In this document: positions 1-9,928 of the stretch, piece by piece | Numbering within the stretch: the stretch's first letter is position 1 | Layout: every line of letters starts with the position of its first letter | Origin: Candidatus Latescibacterota bacterium | GTDB taxonomy: Bacteria > Latescibacterota > UBA2968 > UBA8231 | Assembly (NCBI GenBank): GCA_965200315.1 | Contig: OZ241362.1 | Location: 864,001 to 928,000 of the forward strand | Length of the DNA: 64,000 nt | Direction: 5' to 3' | Program-made: the position numbers and the translations under genes | Notes under the pieces: model-generated | Seen by the model: the letters and a program-made list of their open reading frames with translations, nothing else | The model's database searches: none | What the model was told of the DNA's origin: nothing

Positions 1-703
1 CGTCGATAGCCTCCTGCCGCACGTAGAGCAACCCCGCTGCATAGGGAGCGTACATCCACTTATAGGAGAGCAACCCGGCAAAATCGCACCCCAGTGAGCG
101 TAAATCCAAAGGATACAACCCCGCCGAATGCGCCAGATCCAAAAAGCTGCGCACTCCCTGCGCCCGTGCCGCCGCGCAAATCCGCTCCACTGGCAGGCGG
201 AACCCCAAATCCGTCGTTACATGGCTCAGAGCCACCAGTTTAGTCCGCTCCCCCAGCCGCTCCTCCACGGCCTGCACCTGCCCATCGTCGTCGTCAATCA
301 GCGGCACCTTCACCACCTCGACCCCGTACAAATCCCGCAAGTGCAGGGCCGGCAAAAGCAGGGCCGCCTCCTCGTCCGCACTGATCACAATCTCGTCGCC
401 AGCCTTCCACTCCATCCCCCGCACCACCGTCTGAAACCCCTCGCTGACCCCCCGCATCAACGCTAGCTCCTCAGCCGCCACGCCAAAAAACTGCGCCAGC
501 CGCTCCAGTGCCGCCTTGCGCCGGGGATACTCTTCCTCTGGATAGACGATGTGCAAAGGCCCTCGCCGCACCATCTCTTCCGTCCAGCGCGTGTACTCAG
601 CAGCCACCGGCACCGGCGTGATACTCACGCCCCCATTCTGGAACCAAGTGTACTGCTCCAGCGCGGGGAAGTCGCGGCGAATTGCTTGGACATCCATAAT
701 CAT
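1..703 (-). CDS. Class V PLP-dependent aminotransferase (cysteine desulfurase/isopenicillin epimerase-like); 3' end runs off the window
   Basis: Manual translation (not in ORF track): MDVQAIRRDFPALEQYTWFQNGG...SHVTTDLG...FLDLAHSAG...LSYKWMYAP; DxAH and PLP-lysine motifs; start abuts the M20 gene stop. Confidence 0.9.
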   Translation of the reverse strand, partial: MIMDVQAIRRDFPALEQYTWFQNGGVSITPVPVAAEYTRWTEEMVRRGPLHIVYPEEEYPRRKAALERLAQFFGVAAEELALMRGVSEGFQTVVRGMEWKAGDEIVISADEEAALLLPALHLRDLYGVEVVKVPLIDDDDGQVQAVEERLGERTKLVALSHVTTDLGFRLPVERICAAARAQGVRSFLDLAHSAGLYPLDLRSLGCDFAGLLSYKWMYAPYAAGLLYVRQEAID

Positions 704-1879
704 TCAATCCGATGCAACGCCGCAATAGTCGGCTGCGGCTAGCGCGTACACTTGTGCCGCCTTCTCTAGCCGATCCACCTCTACCCACTCCACATCCGCA
801 TGTGCCGTCTCGTTTGAAGGGCCGTAGTAAAAGGTCGGCACCCCGGTCCCATGCACGTATAAATTGGCGTCCCCCACAATCCGCATCCCCACCAGCTCGG
901 CTTCTTGGCCGGTCACCTGCTCGTGCGCCCGCCCCACCGCTTGCACGGCCGCATCGTCGGCCAGCGTCTCAAACGGCTCGCGCTCGTGCTCCATTGCGAC
1001 CCGCAGGCCTAAGCTCCCGGCCGCGGCCAACGGCCGCGCTAGGTCCTCTAACTCCGCTAGCACCTGCGGTGCCGAGCGCCCCGGCAGCCAGCGCCGGGTC
1101 CCCGTCAGTGTGCAACACAGCGGCGTGCGATTGAAATAATCGCCCCCGGAGACAATGCCTAGATCGATGCGCTCGGCACCGGCCAAGGCGTGTGCTGGCC
1201 CGGCGTCGAGTTCGAGTTGGTACTGGTGGATCCGGTCGATGAGTGCGCCGACAAAGCGGAGCGGATTTTCTGCAAAGGGCACGTACTGGGTGTGCTTGCC
1301 GCCAGCGGCCGATTCGAGCGCGATGGTAAAGACCATGGACCCCATACTCATCACCCACAGCGCGTCGCGGCCCTCGACGATCAAGATTCGGTCGCCGCCA
1401 ATCCGGCCACTGTTGCGGTCGGCGATCAGCGCTAGCGGCCCATCCTTTTGCGCCTCGACCTCCTCGTGCCCCACAATCGCCGTCAGCCACAAGTCGCCCT
1501 GCAACTCCACTCCGCTTTCCAAAAGCGCCTTGACCGCGGCCAACGCCGCGGCCATGCCCCCCTTCATATCGGTAGCTCCCCGGCCGTACACGCGGTTGCC
1601 CTCGCGGCGGGCGGGCGGGCAGGACCCCACGGGAATGGTGTCGAGATGGCCGTTGAGCATTAGCGCCGGACCATCCCCCCGGCCCGCGAAGCGCGCGTAG
1701 AGGTTGTTGCGCCCCGGCGTTACTTCCCGCACATCGACGTCTAAACCGACCTCGCGCATCATGTCGTGATATGCGCGGCACACTTCGGCTTCGGCCATGG
1801 TTACGCTATAAACATCGACCAATTCCCGGGTCCGCTCGGCCACCCACTCTCGGTCGATAGTCGCGATTAATTTTTCCAT
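704..1879 (-). CDS. M20 family metallopeptidase/deacylase (ArgE/DapE-like)
   Basis: GHLDT, GRGATDMKGG, HEE and C-terminal AHADVE metal-binding motifs. Confidence 0.9.
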   Translation of the reverse strand: MEKLIATIDREWVAERTRELVDVYSVTMAEAEVCRAYHDMMREVGLDVDVREVTPGRNNLYARFAGRGDGPALMLNGHLDTIPVGSCPPARREGNRVYGRGATDMKGGMAAALAAVKALLESGVELQGDLWLTAIVGHEEVEAQKDGPLALIADRNSGRIGGDRILIVEGRDALWVMSMGSMVFTIALESAAGGKHTQYVPFAENPLRFVGALIDRIHQYQLELDAGPAHALAGAERIDLGIVSGGDYFNRTPLCCTLTGTRRWLPGRSAPQVLAELEDLARPLAAAGSLGLRVAMEHEREPFETLADDAAVQAVGRAHEQVTGQEAELVGMRIVGDANLYVHGTGVPTFYYGPSNETAHADVEWVEVDRLEKAAQVYALAAADYCGVASD

Positions 1880-2043
1880 TTGTGTCGATCCATCCTCTCT
1901 TGTGCGTTCTCGTCTAGCCGGGACGCCTCGCTTGCATCGCCGGCAGGAGGTGCCTTCTTTAGGCCATAATATAGGATGATGTTGACCATGTTGCAGATGC
2001 TAGGTACATCGTTCCATGATCTTCAGACCAGTGAGGAGGTAAT

Positions 2044-2325
2044 ATGCCAAAATTGAAGCATATCACGATCAGGGGCTTTTGGTCCATCAAAGAAATGACG
2101 CTGGAACTCCGGCCGCTCCATGTTCTGATCGGTGCCAATGGGGCTGGTAAGAGTAATCTCATTGCCTTCTTCAAATTAGTAAATGAATTAATGGGCGGAC
2201 GACTTCAGCAACATATTGGGGCGACCGGGCGGGCCACGGCCAATTTGCATTTTGGCCCAAGGATAACTCCTCAATTGGCAGCGGAGATGGCGTTTGAATT
2301 GCTCACGCCCGCAAGAAGGGAATAG
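2044..2325 (+). pseudogene. N-terminal stub of an AAA_21/AAA_15-type ABC-like ATPase
   Basis: RBS GAGGAGGT, then LKHITIRGFWSI...LIGANGAGKSN (Walker A); stops at 93 aa with no signature motif or Walker B; lower GC. Confidence 0.8.
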
Positions 2326-2573
2326 TCCATCGAGGAGGAGGTAGAAACTTCAGGGCGATGCAGAATGATATTGATCGCCGGCGCAAACAGTAATCGGCCA
2401 CTAAGCCAAAAGATAGCGGGCAAAGACCGTCTCCGTCCGCTCCACAGGACGCCCTTGCTCCACGCCGATTCGACAGGGTATATTCCACGCAGAGGAGACC
2501 GTGCCGTTGCTAGGTGCTCTGGCCCTTGAAGGCGAGTGGCCAAAAAACTTGAGCCGGTATAGGAACTAACGAC

Positions 2574-3608
2574 GTGATCGATGCTATAGACCTCTTTGAG
2601 AGCGGGACTCAAGGCTACCATACCTTCCGCATCCCAGCCCTGATTACCACGCCCACCGGCGCGGTGCTCGCCTTTTGCGAGGGCCGCAAAAACGCACGCG
2701 GCGACACGGGCGACATCGACATGCTGCTGAGGCGCAGCGACGACGGCGGGAAGACGTTTGCTCCCTTTGAACTGGTGTGGGACGCCGGCCCGAACACCTG
2801 CGGCAATCCCTGCCCGGTGGTCGATGTCCGCACGGGTGCGATTTCTCTGCTGATGACCCACAATCTCGGCCATGACCACGAGCCCGAGATCATCGACCAA
2901 ACGAGCGAGGGCACCCGCACGGTGTGGCTGACGCGCAGCCAGGACGACGGACGCACTTGGTCTTCTCCGGTGGAGATCACGGCCGCAGCTAAGCAACCTA
3001 ACTGGACTTGGTACGCCACCGGCCCAGGCGCTGGTATCCAGCTAGCCACTGGCCGGCTCGTCATCCCCTGCGACCACATTGAAGCGGGCACCAAGAAATA
3101 CTACTCGCACGTCTTGCTCAGTGACGACGGCGGCCAGAGCTGGCGGCTCGGCGGCTCGACCCCGCAAGATCAGGTCAACGAGTGCGAAGTCGTCGAACTC
3201 CAGGACGGTCGTCTGTTGCTCAATATGCGCAACTACGATCCCAGCATCCGCGCCCGCGCCTTTTCGTTTAGCGACGACCGGGGGCAGAGCTGGTCGTCCA
3301 TAGCGCGCGATCCGGTTCTCGTCGAGCCGATCTGCCAAGCCAGCATCCGCCGGATTGGCCCCAGCGTGCTTTTTTCTAATCCCGCCAGTGCCGAGGGCCG
3401 CCAGAACATGACCGTGCGGCGCAGCGACGACGACGGCCAAACGTGGGCCTGCGCCCGCGTCTTGCATCCCGGTCCAGCAGCGTACTCCTGTCTGGCCGCC
3501 TTGCCCGATGGCCGCGCCGCTTGTCTTTATGAATGCGGTGCCGAGCATCCCTACGAGCGCCTGACCCTAGCCCGCTTCTCGCTGGACTGGGTATGCACTA
3601 CGCCCTGA
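2574..3608 (+). CDS. Sialidase/neuraminidase (GH33, BNR repeats), no signal peptide
   Basis: FRIP motif and five Asp-boxes (SDDGGKTF, SQDDGRTW, SDDGGQSW, SDDRGQSW, SDDDGQTW). Confidence 0.92.
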   Translation: MIDAIDLFESGTQGYHTFRIPALITTPTGAVLAFCEGRKNARGDTGDIDMLLRRSDDGGKTFAPFELVWDAGPNTCGNPCPVVDVRTGAISLLMTHNLGHDHEPEIIDQTSEGTRTVWLTRSQDDGRTWSSPVEITAAAKQPNWTWYATGPGAGIQLATGRLVIPCDHIEAGTKKYYSHVLLSDDGGQSWRLGGSTPQDQVNECEVVELQDGRLLLNMRNYDPSIRARAFSFSDDRGQSWSSIARDPVLVEPICQASIRRIGPSVLFSNPASAEGRQNMTVRRSDDDGQTWACARVLHPGPAAYSCLAALPDGRAACLYECGAEHPYERLTLARFSLDWVCTTP

Positions 3609-3617
3609 GAAATTTTT

Positions 3618-4784
3618 ATGAAAATCACTGACATCCGCGTCCTCTGCCTCTCCCGTCCCCACGAACCCGAGCGCCAGTGGTTCAGCGCCTCTTTCTACGT
3701 GGAAAAAGCCGACTGTCCTATCGTCATTATCGACACGGACGCTGGCTTGCAGGGCATTGCCGAACCTTCTACCTATGGAGATCCACCGGTCATTCGCCAG
3801 CGGCTCGACGCGCTCAAGCCGAGTCTCATCGGCCGCGACCCGCTCGACCCGGACCTCGCGGCCAAACCCATCGGCGACCGCTCGCTGCACATTGCCTACG
3901 CTGGTCTCGAACTGGCGCTGTGGGATCTGCGCGCCAAGGCGCAAAACAAAACAGTCGCCGAACTCATCGTCCCCCTCATCACACCCGACACCCCCGAGCG
4001 CAAACCGCGCACCCTCTTCCGCATCTATGCTTCGGGCGGCGTCCAGTACGACTGGGACTACCGCCCAACATCCGTCGTCGATGAAGCACGCGCCCTCGCC
4101 GACCGGGGATTTACCGCCTATAAGATGCGGCTGGGCACTGAGTGGGCGTGGTCGGGCGTCGCGGTTGCGCAGATGATTGACCTGTTGCAGAAAGTGACCG
4201 ACGCGGTGGGCGAGCGCATGGAGCTGATGCTGGAGGGCAATTGTCGCCTCGACGAGGCGCAGGCCCGCGAGATTGGCCACTTTCTCGACGAGGCAGGCTG
4301 GACGTGGTTTGAGGAACCGCTGCCCAAGGAGCAGATCGACGGCTACGCCCGCCTCAACTCCGAACTGCGTCTGCCCATCACCGGCGGCGAATCCAACACG
4401 ACCCGCGACCAGTTTGAGCCGTTCTTCGCGCAGAAAGCGTACGCCAAGGGCCAGCTCGATGTCGGCGTCTGTAACCTCGGCGAGGCCATCCGCATCTACC
4501 ACTGCGCCAAAGAGTACGGCGTCGAGCTTTTTACCCAGAACTGGCACAACGGCCTGTTGACCATATCTAACGCTCACTTCCTCGCCGCTCTCCCCGAAGA
4601 GCACGTGCTGGAAATGTTCATCGGCCAAGGGCCGTTGCAATGGGACATCCTCAAAGACCCGCCCGCGACTGAAGGCTATCTCGCGCTGCCCGACGCGCCC
4701 GGCTGGGGCGTAGCCCTCGCCGACGATCTCGAAACGCGCTTCCCCTACATCCCCGGGCCTTGGGGCCGGGCGGTGGAGCGGTGA
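3618..4784 (+). CDS. Mandelate racemase/muconate lactonizing (enolase superfamily) enzyme
   Basis: LELALWDLRAK, YASGG, YKMRLG, FEEP, GGES and PDAPGWG motifs. Confidence 0.9.
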   Translation: MKITDIRVLCLSRPHEPERQWFSASFYVEKADCPIVIIDTDAGLQGIAEPSTYGDPPVIRQRLDALKPSLIGRDPLDPDLAAKPIGDRSLHIAYAGLELALWDLRAKAQNKTVAELIVPLITPDTPERKPRTLFRIYASGGVQYDWDYRPTSVVDEARALADRGFTAYKMRLGTEWAWSGVAVAQMIDLLQKVTDAVGERMELMLEGNCRLDEAQAREIGHFLDEAGWTWFEEPLPKEQIDGYARLNSELRLPITGGESNTTRDQFEPFFAQKAYAKGQLDVGVCNLGEAIRIYHCAKEYGVELFTQNWHNGLLTISNAHFLAALPEEHVLEMFIGQGPLQWDILKDPPATEGYLALPDAPGWGVALADDLETRFPYIPGPWGRAVER

Positions 4785-4837
4785 AAAGCGCATTCAAATC
4801 CACACCGGGCGTTTTCGATGTTGTGCCGATCCAAAAT

Positions 4838-4867
4838 TTGACAACTGCCCTTGGCCCCTTGTAAAAT
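4838..4867 (+). promoter_or_regulatory. Sigma70-like promoter
   Basis: TTGACA-N18-TAAAAT, 29 bp upstream of the RraA-family start. Confidence 0.6.
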
Positions 4868-4896
4868 AGTCCACCCGCATTCACTTTGGAGCCAAC

Positions 4897-5586
4897 ATGA
4901 TTAAAGACCCGCCGCTCCTTACTGTTCGCCGCAACTTTCCGCGGCCCTCGGAAGCTGTCCTGCGCGCCCTGCGCAACGTTCCCACTGGCTTTATCGTCGA
5001 TTGCATGAACGGCCGTGGTGCGCTCGACTATCTCATCAAGCCGCTCGATCCCGACAGCTGCAAGTTCGTCGCGCCCGTCGTCACCTGTCACCCAGGGCCG
5101 GGCGACAATCTTGCCGTCTTTGCCGCGCTCGAGATTGCGCAGCGAGGGGACGCGATCTTCATCGCTACGGATACGTTCACCAAGACTGCGGTTGCCGGCG
5201 ACAACATGATGGCCATGGGCCGCAACCGCGGCGTGGTCGGTTTGGTCACCGACGGCCTGATGCGCGACATAGATGGGATATTGCCCGTCGGTTTGCCCGC
5301 CTTTTGCCGGGGTATTACGCCCAACTCCTGTACTCGCAACGGCCCAGGCACGGCCGGGATGCCGGTGGTCATGGGTGGGATCTGCGTGGATGCTGGTGAG
5401 ATCGCGGTTGCCGACCAAGACGGGGTGGTGGTCATTCCCCACGACCAGTTCGATCACGTCTGCGCGACCCTACCCCAAGTGCGCGAAGCCGAGGAAAATC
5501 TCTCTCGCCAGATCCGCTTAGGTTTGGACAATATGGAGGGGATACGCGAGTTGCTCGACTCGGACCGCACCGAGCACGTCGACTAA
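4897..5586 (+). CDS. RraA family protein (HMG/CHA aldolase-like)
   Basis: GDNLAV, VTDGLMRD and ADQDGVVVIP motifs. Confidence 0.88.
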   Translation: MIKDPPLLTVRRNFPRPSEAVLRALRNVPTGFIVDCMNGRGALDYLIKPLDPDSCKFVAPVVTCHPGPGDNLAVFAALEIAQRGDAIFIATDTFTKTAVAGDNMMAMGRNRGVVGLVTDGLMRDIDGILPVGLPAFCRGITPNSCTRNGPGTAGMPVVMGGICVDAGEIAVADQDGVVVIPHDQFDHVCATLPQVREAEENLSRQIRLGLDNMEGIRELLDSDRTEHVD

Positions 5587-7598
5587 TTTTCGACGATCAC
5601 CAAGCTCGGCTGATCAAGCACTATCGCTGACAGCCGCTCAGCCTCTATCTCTTCTACGGTCCCGTCGCCTAGGCGATAAAGCCGCGCCAATCCCGCAATC
5701 TCCCAAGCGGCTGGAGCTACCGCTCCTACGACCGCTGGCAACAGCAGGGCCAACGTGCGGGTCGGTCCCCGGAGCAGCCGCGCTGTCGCACCATCGCTTT
5801 CCATGCTGGTGGCCTCGGCAAAGGGCACGCGGAAGCGCTGTAGCAGTGCATTGAGGCAGCACAGGACGCCAAAGACGGGCCGGGGGTTGCACAGGGGGTC
5901 CAAAAGCCCCTGCCCCACATCCATGGTGCGGTCCAGATCGATAAAAGGCTCGACAAAAAGCCGCGCCCGCGGCAGCAGCGCCGTTGCAAAGAGCGCCTCC
6001 GCGGCCCGGACGGCATCGTCTTGGTCGCTTTGTCCCGGCAGTCCAAATAGTAAATCCAGCCGCCCCATCGTGGTCAGGGCACTTACCTCGCGCCAAGCCA
6101 AGGCATCTTCCCAAGGCGCCGTTGCATCCAGTCGGCACAGGGCCGCTTCTATCCACGTATCCGCGTTTTGCAACTGACGGTCGAGTTGGGGCACTTCGTC
6201 GGGTCGGTAGCCGACTCGGGTGCGGGGGTGTTGTTTGCCGGTTATCTGCTGGCCGGGGATTACCGGAGCCAAAGACAGCCGCAAATTGCGGTGGTAGCTC
6301 TTGAACAAATACAGACACGCCGAAGACGGCCAAGGCTCGCCCGGAGTCTGGATTTCCCAAGTGTCCACGTGGTCGCGGTGGCTTTCTAGAATGGACTCAT
6401 AAGGAGTGTCCTCGCAGTGGAGAATGGTCGCTTGCACTTGGATACCTTGGCTGCGCAAAAAGCGCAGGCGGTCGCCGGACTGGTCCAAATCGGTCCAAGG
6501 GCAGCGCAGAGCCTGTGCGCCCAACTCCAGACAGGCCAGCAGGGGATAGTCGTTGCGCACTCGCTGGCGCACCACCGAGGGAAAGGTTATGGGGACTTGC
6601 GTTTCCCAACTTAGTGGGTGGGTCGCAGTCAGTGCCAATGGGGCTCCGCCGAGGTCGGCGGTTGCCGGGGTGAGCAACCGCCGCGGACCCGGCCCCCAAT
6701 TTTGTGCTCCGGCCGTGCGGATCAGGTGGATGTCGAGTCGGTTGTGGCGCAGACGGCATAGGAAAAAACCCAACTTGGGTTGGTCGTTGCGGCCCTGCTC
6801 GGGCGGCGGTGCGCTGCTAAACAAGTGGCTAAGACCGGGCCGAGCAAAAGAAGTGGAGGGGACGGTGCGATAGTCCAAGGCTCCCGCCTGTTCGCAAAAG
6901 GCAAAATGCACGTGGGCCGCAAAGAGCCAATCCACTTGGTGGGCGGCTAACAATTTTAGCAGCCACGTGCGGGCTGGTTCGCCGATGTTGTCGTAGTGGC
7001 CCAGATGCGGCTCGGCGGGGTTGTGCAAGTAGGGGGGCAAGTGCAAAAATACCGCGATGCGCATCTGGGTGCGTGCGGCCAAATCGGCTTCCAACCAAGT
7101 CCTTTGCTCTGCCTCTGCCGGCAGGCCAGTGTTCAGAATCTGGCTGTTGAGCACCACCAAGTGCAGGTCTTGATAGTCGAAGCTGTACCAAGACGGGCCA
7201 AAGCGCCGGTGGTATGCGTCCAACCCCTCGGCCGTGACTGGATGGGTGGGCATGGTGGGATCGGGTTTGTCGCCCACGTCGTGGTTGCCGGCCACCCAGC
7301 GCGGCTGCACGCCGCAGGTGGCCATCTGCGCCAGGGCTTGGTCTAAAGCCGGGACAAAGCCCACGCTTCCGGGGTATTCCTGTATCACGTCGCCCATGTG
7401 CACGACGAAATCCGGCTCCAAGGCTGCCACCCAGCGCAAGGCCGCGCCCGCCCGCTGGCTCTGTTGGGCGCGAGAGGGGAATTCGCTCATACCGACGCCC
7501 CCTTCCAGCGCATAGTGGGTATCGGCGATGACGACGAATTCGCCTAGGGCCTCGGGCAACAGGGTGCGGTCGAATAGGATAGGCATCGCGTTATCCAA
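5583..7598 (-). CDS. Calcineurin-like metallophosphoesterase with long uncharacterised C-terminal domain
   Basis: ADTH, MGDV, AGNHD, LHLPP and AHVH motifs in the first ~290 aa. Confidence 0.85.
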   Translation of the reverse strand: MDNAMPILFDRTLLPEALGEFVVIADTHYALEGGVGMSEFPSRAQQSQRAGAALRWVAALEPDFVVHMGDVIQEYPGSVGFVPALDQALAQMATCGVQPRWVAGNHDVGDKPDPTMPTHPVTAEGLDAYHRRFGPSWYSFDYQDLHLVVLNSQILNTGLPAEAEQRTWLEADLAARTQMRIAVFLHLPPYLHNPAEPHLGHYDNIGEPARTWLLKLLAAHQVDWLFAAHVHFAFCEQAGALDYRTVPSTSFARPGLSHLFSSAPPPEQGRNDQPKLGFFLCRLRHNRLDIHLIRTAGAQNWGPGPRRLLTPATADLGGAPLALTATHPLSWETQVPITFPSVVRQRVRNDYPLLACLELGAQALRCPWTDLDQSGDRLRFLRSQGIQVQATILHCEDTPYESILESHRDHVDTWEIQTPGEPWPSSACLYLFKSYHRNLRLSLAPVIPGQQITGKQHPRTRVGYRPDEVPQLDRQLQNADTWIEAALCRLDATAPWEDALAWREVSALTTMGRLDLLFGLPGQSDQDDAVRAAEALFATALLPRARLFVEPFIDLDRTMDVGQGLLDPLCNPRPVFGVLCCLNALLQRFRVPFAEATSMESDGATARLLRGPTRTLALLLPAVVGAVAPAAWEIAGLARLYRLGDGTVEEIEAERLSAIVLDQPSLVIVEN

Positions 7599-9336
7599 CC
7601 GGGCGCAAATTGAGCAACACTAACAGCCAAGACCGCGCCCAGTACGAAGTGTTCATATAGGGATTCTCCGCTGAAGGCCACCCCGTCCAGTACGTCTCGT
7701 TGACTGGGATTCGGTGCGGCCACTGCACGAGCGGAATCGCCGGCAATTCTGCAAGCCAGATCGCTATTGCCTGTCGGTAAATCGCCATCATCTCGGGCGC
7801 ATCGTTGGGCGTCTGCGCCATGCGGTCGACTAGCGAGTCGAAGTCGGCATTCTGCCAGCGCCAATAGTGTTCGGCGGTCTCACCCGTCGGCCTAGCGAAG
7901 CGGCTGTGGTAGTGGCTCAGCACTTGGTAGGGATCGCGCATGGAGCTCAAGTTGCCAAACATAAAAGCGCGTGCCTCGCCCTGAGCCATCCGCGAAATGT
8001 AGTCCGCAGTCATGCGGAACGAGGCGTCGAAACCCGCCGCTTGGAGCTGGGCGACCAAAACCGGCGTCAGGTCTTGGAAATGTGCGAAGATGTCTATGAC
8101 GAGCGAAAACACCTCGCCGTCCTTCGTCCAGAAGCCATCCGGCCCTCGCACCCACCCCTTGCGCGACAGGATCGCCGCCGTGAGCGCGCTGTCGTGGACG
8201 CCGATCTCGTATTGGGCGACTAGATCCGCGGCCGCCGCGAAGTAGGGCTGCATCTGCGGCACGTCTGGCAGTGGCAACAGCGCGTAGTCGCCCGAGTTCT
8301 GCCAGCCGATTTCAACCAGTTGTTCGCGGTTGATGGCGAAGTTGATCGCCCGCCGGATCTCGGGATCGTCGAAAGGGGGCTCCATATTGTTAAAACCCAA
8401 GGTGATCGCCCACGGCGTCATGTAGCTATAGGGAGGATCCCGCCCGGTCCAAGTACTCATTTTGTCGTGTTGTTCGAGTAAGGTGATGATATTGGACGGT
8501 CGAAGTTCCAAACACGTGTCGAGCTTGTTGGCCAGCAGGTTCTGCACCCGCTGATGCTCTTCCATGTAGGGCAAAAATATCAAGCGCTCGACCTGCGGCG
8601 GCGCGTGGAAGCCGGTCTTGGCCGCCCACCAGTCCGGGCGCAGATCCCAAATCCGCTGCGCCGGCTCCGACAGCGCCATGCGATACGGCCCCGTGACCAC
8701 CGGCCAACCGCTGGCCAGATCGTAATTGGCAAAGCGCAAGGGATCTTGCCCCTCCCAGATGTGTTTGGGGACGATCGGCACTCCGTTGCCGTGGTTGTGG
8801 GTGAAATAACTGAACAGAAAGCGCGGATTAGGCGATTTGAGGACGATTTTCGCCGTCAGGCTGTCGAGCGCCACGGCCTCTTGGACCCAAGTCGCCATAT
8901 CGGTTGAGAACACCAGATTCGGCGCGTGCTCTTTGAGCATATTGACCGTAAAGACAAAGTCGTGCGCCGTCCACGGCTGACCGTCGCTCCACGCCACGCC
9001 CGGGCGAATATCCACCACGACTTCTGTGTGGTCCGCGTTGAACCGGTGTCCAGTGGCGATCCAAGGCAGCGGTTCGGCGTCGATCTGGTAGCCATTGAAG
9101 AAGTAGAGCGGCTCGTAGAGGAACTGATAGCCGATCCGCGAGACCCCGCCCGGCACGAAGGGGTTGAAGGTGTTGTAGTCTTGGATCTGGCCTCCGCAGG
9201 TGTTGTTCTCGGCGCAATCGACGATCAGCGTGCGGTTGCGCGGTACTTGCTGCAAGCCGTCTGTAGCCTGTTCGCTGGTACAGGCGACCAAGACTAGGCC
9301 GCCGAGAAGCGCCCAATGCCTAGCGCGTTTTCCCAT
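7591..9336 (-). CDS. ABC transporter substrate-binding lipoprotein, family 5 (OppA/DppA-like)
   Basis: Lipobox LVAC after MGKRAR (start moved to 9336); YEPL, IRPGVAWSDGQPWTAHDFVFT, GPY and PFDDPEIRRAI motifs. Confidence 0.9.
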   Translation of the reverse strand: MGKRARHWALLGGLVLVACTSEQATDGLQQVPRNRTLIVDCAENNTCGGQIQDYNTFNPFVPGGVSRIGYQFLYEPLYFFNGYQIDAEPLPWIATGHRFNADHTEVVVDIRPGVAWSDGQPWTAHDFVFTVNMLKEHAPNLVFSTDMATWVQEAVALDSLTAKIVLKSPNPRFLFSYFTHNHGNGVPIVPKHIWEGQDPLRFANYDLASGWPVVTGPYRMALSEPAQRIWDLRPDWWAAKTGFHAPPQVERLIFLPYMEEHQRVQNLLANKLDTCLELRPSNIITLLEQHDKMSTWTGRDPPYSYMTPWAITLGFNNMEPPFDDPEIRRAINFAINREQLVEIGWQNSGDYALLPLPDVPQMQPYFAAAADLVAQYEIGVHDSALTAAILSRKGWVRGPDGFWTKDGEVFSLVIDIFAHFQDLTPVLVAQLQAAGFDASFRMTADYISRMAQGEARAFMFGNLSSMRDPYQVLSHYHSRFARPTGETAEHYWRWQNADFDSLVDRMAQTPNDAPEMMAIYRQAIAIWLAELPAIPLVQWPHRIPVNETYWTGWPSAENPYMNTSYWARSWLLVLLNLRPVG

Positions 9337-9477
9337 ATTCGCCGTGCTTTCCTCGGTTTCACGCAATGGGAGGTAACATAACGCTCGGAGTTCTCCGCTG
9401 TCCATACCTTGAGCGAGCGGGCCGCGTGCGCTAATATGGAAGGGGTCCTGCCCACCCTCACGCCCCGAGGCAACGCC

Positions 9478-9924
9478 ATGAACCCCTTACTCCCCTTCGC
9501 CTTATTAGCGCTCGCCGCCTGCTCTGACCCCTGCGCCGAGTCCATCGACCAAGCCTTTCTCGACCGCGAGGCCGCCAAAGAAGGGGCCGTCCGCACCGAA
9601 TCCGGCCTCATCTATCAGGAGCTAAAGGGAGGTTACGGCCCCCAGCCCGGGCCTAAAGCCCGCGTCACCGTTCACTACAAGGGCATGTTTGCCGACGGCA
9701 AGGTCTTCGACAGCTCGTACGAACGGGGCCGTCCCAGCACACTGTCGCTCAAAAGGGTTATCCCCGGCTGGACTGAGGGCTTGCAGATGATGAAGGGCGG
9801 CGGCAAGGCGCGGCTGGTGATCCCGCCGGAGTTGGCCTACGGCAAAAAGGGCAAGCCCGGCAGCATCCCCTCGTGCGCGACCTTAATTTTTGAAATCGAG
9901 TTATACGAGATAAAAGGGAGTTAA
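9478..9924 (+). CDS. FKBP-type peptidyl-prolyl isomerase, lipoprotein
   Basis: LAAC lipobox; VTVHYKG, FDSSYERG, VIPGWTEGL and IPPELAYG. Confidence 0.93.
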   Translation: MNPLLPFALLALAACSDPCAESIDQAFLDREAAKEGAVRTESGLIYQELKGGYGPQPGPKARVTVHYKGMFADGKVFDSSYERGRPSTLSLKRVIPGWTEGLQMMKGGGKARLVIPPELAYGKKGKPGSIPSCATLIFEIELYEIKGS

Positions 9925-9928
9925 ATCC

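Noticed and set aside
2299-2393. Alternative frame IAHARKKGIVHRG resembling a Ser/Thr kinase catalytic-loop lead-in
   Set aside because: Lacks the HRD Asp and any other kinase motif; too short to support.
3567-4793. 408-aa antisense ORF, and many similar ones (41673-42614, 58926-59795, 47015-47758)
   Set aside because: Shadow ORFs opposite well-supported genes in high-GC DNA, with no recognisable motifs.
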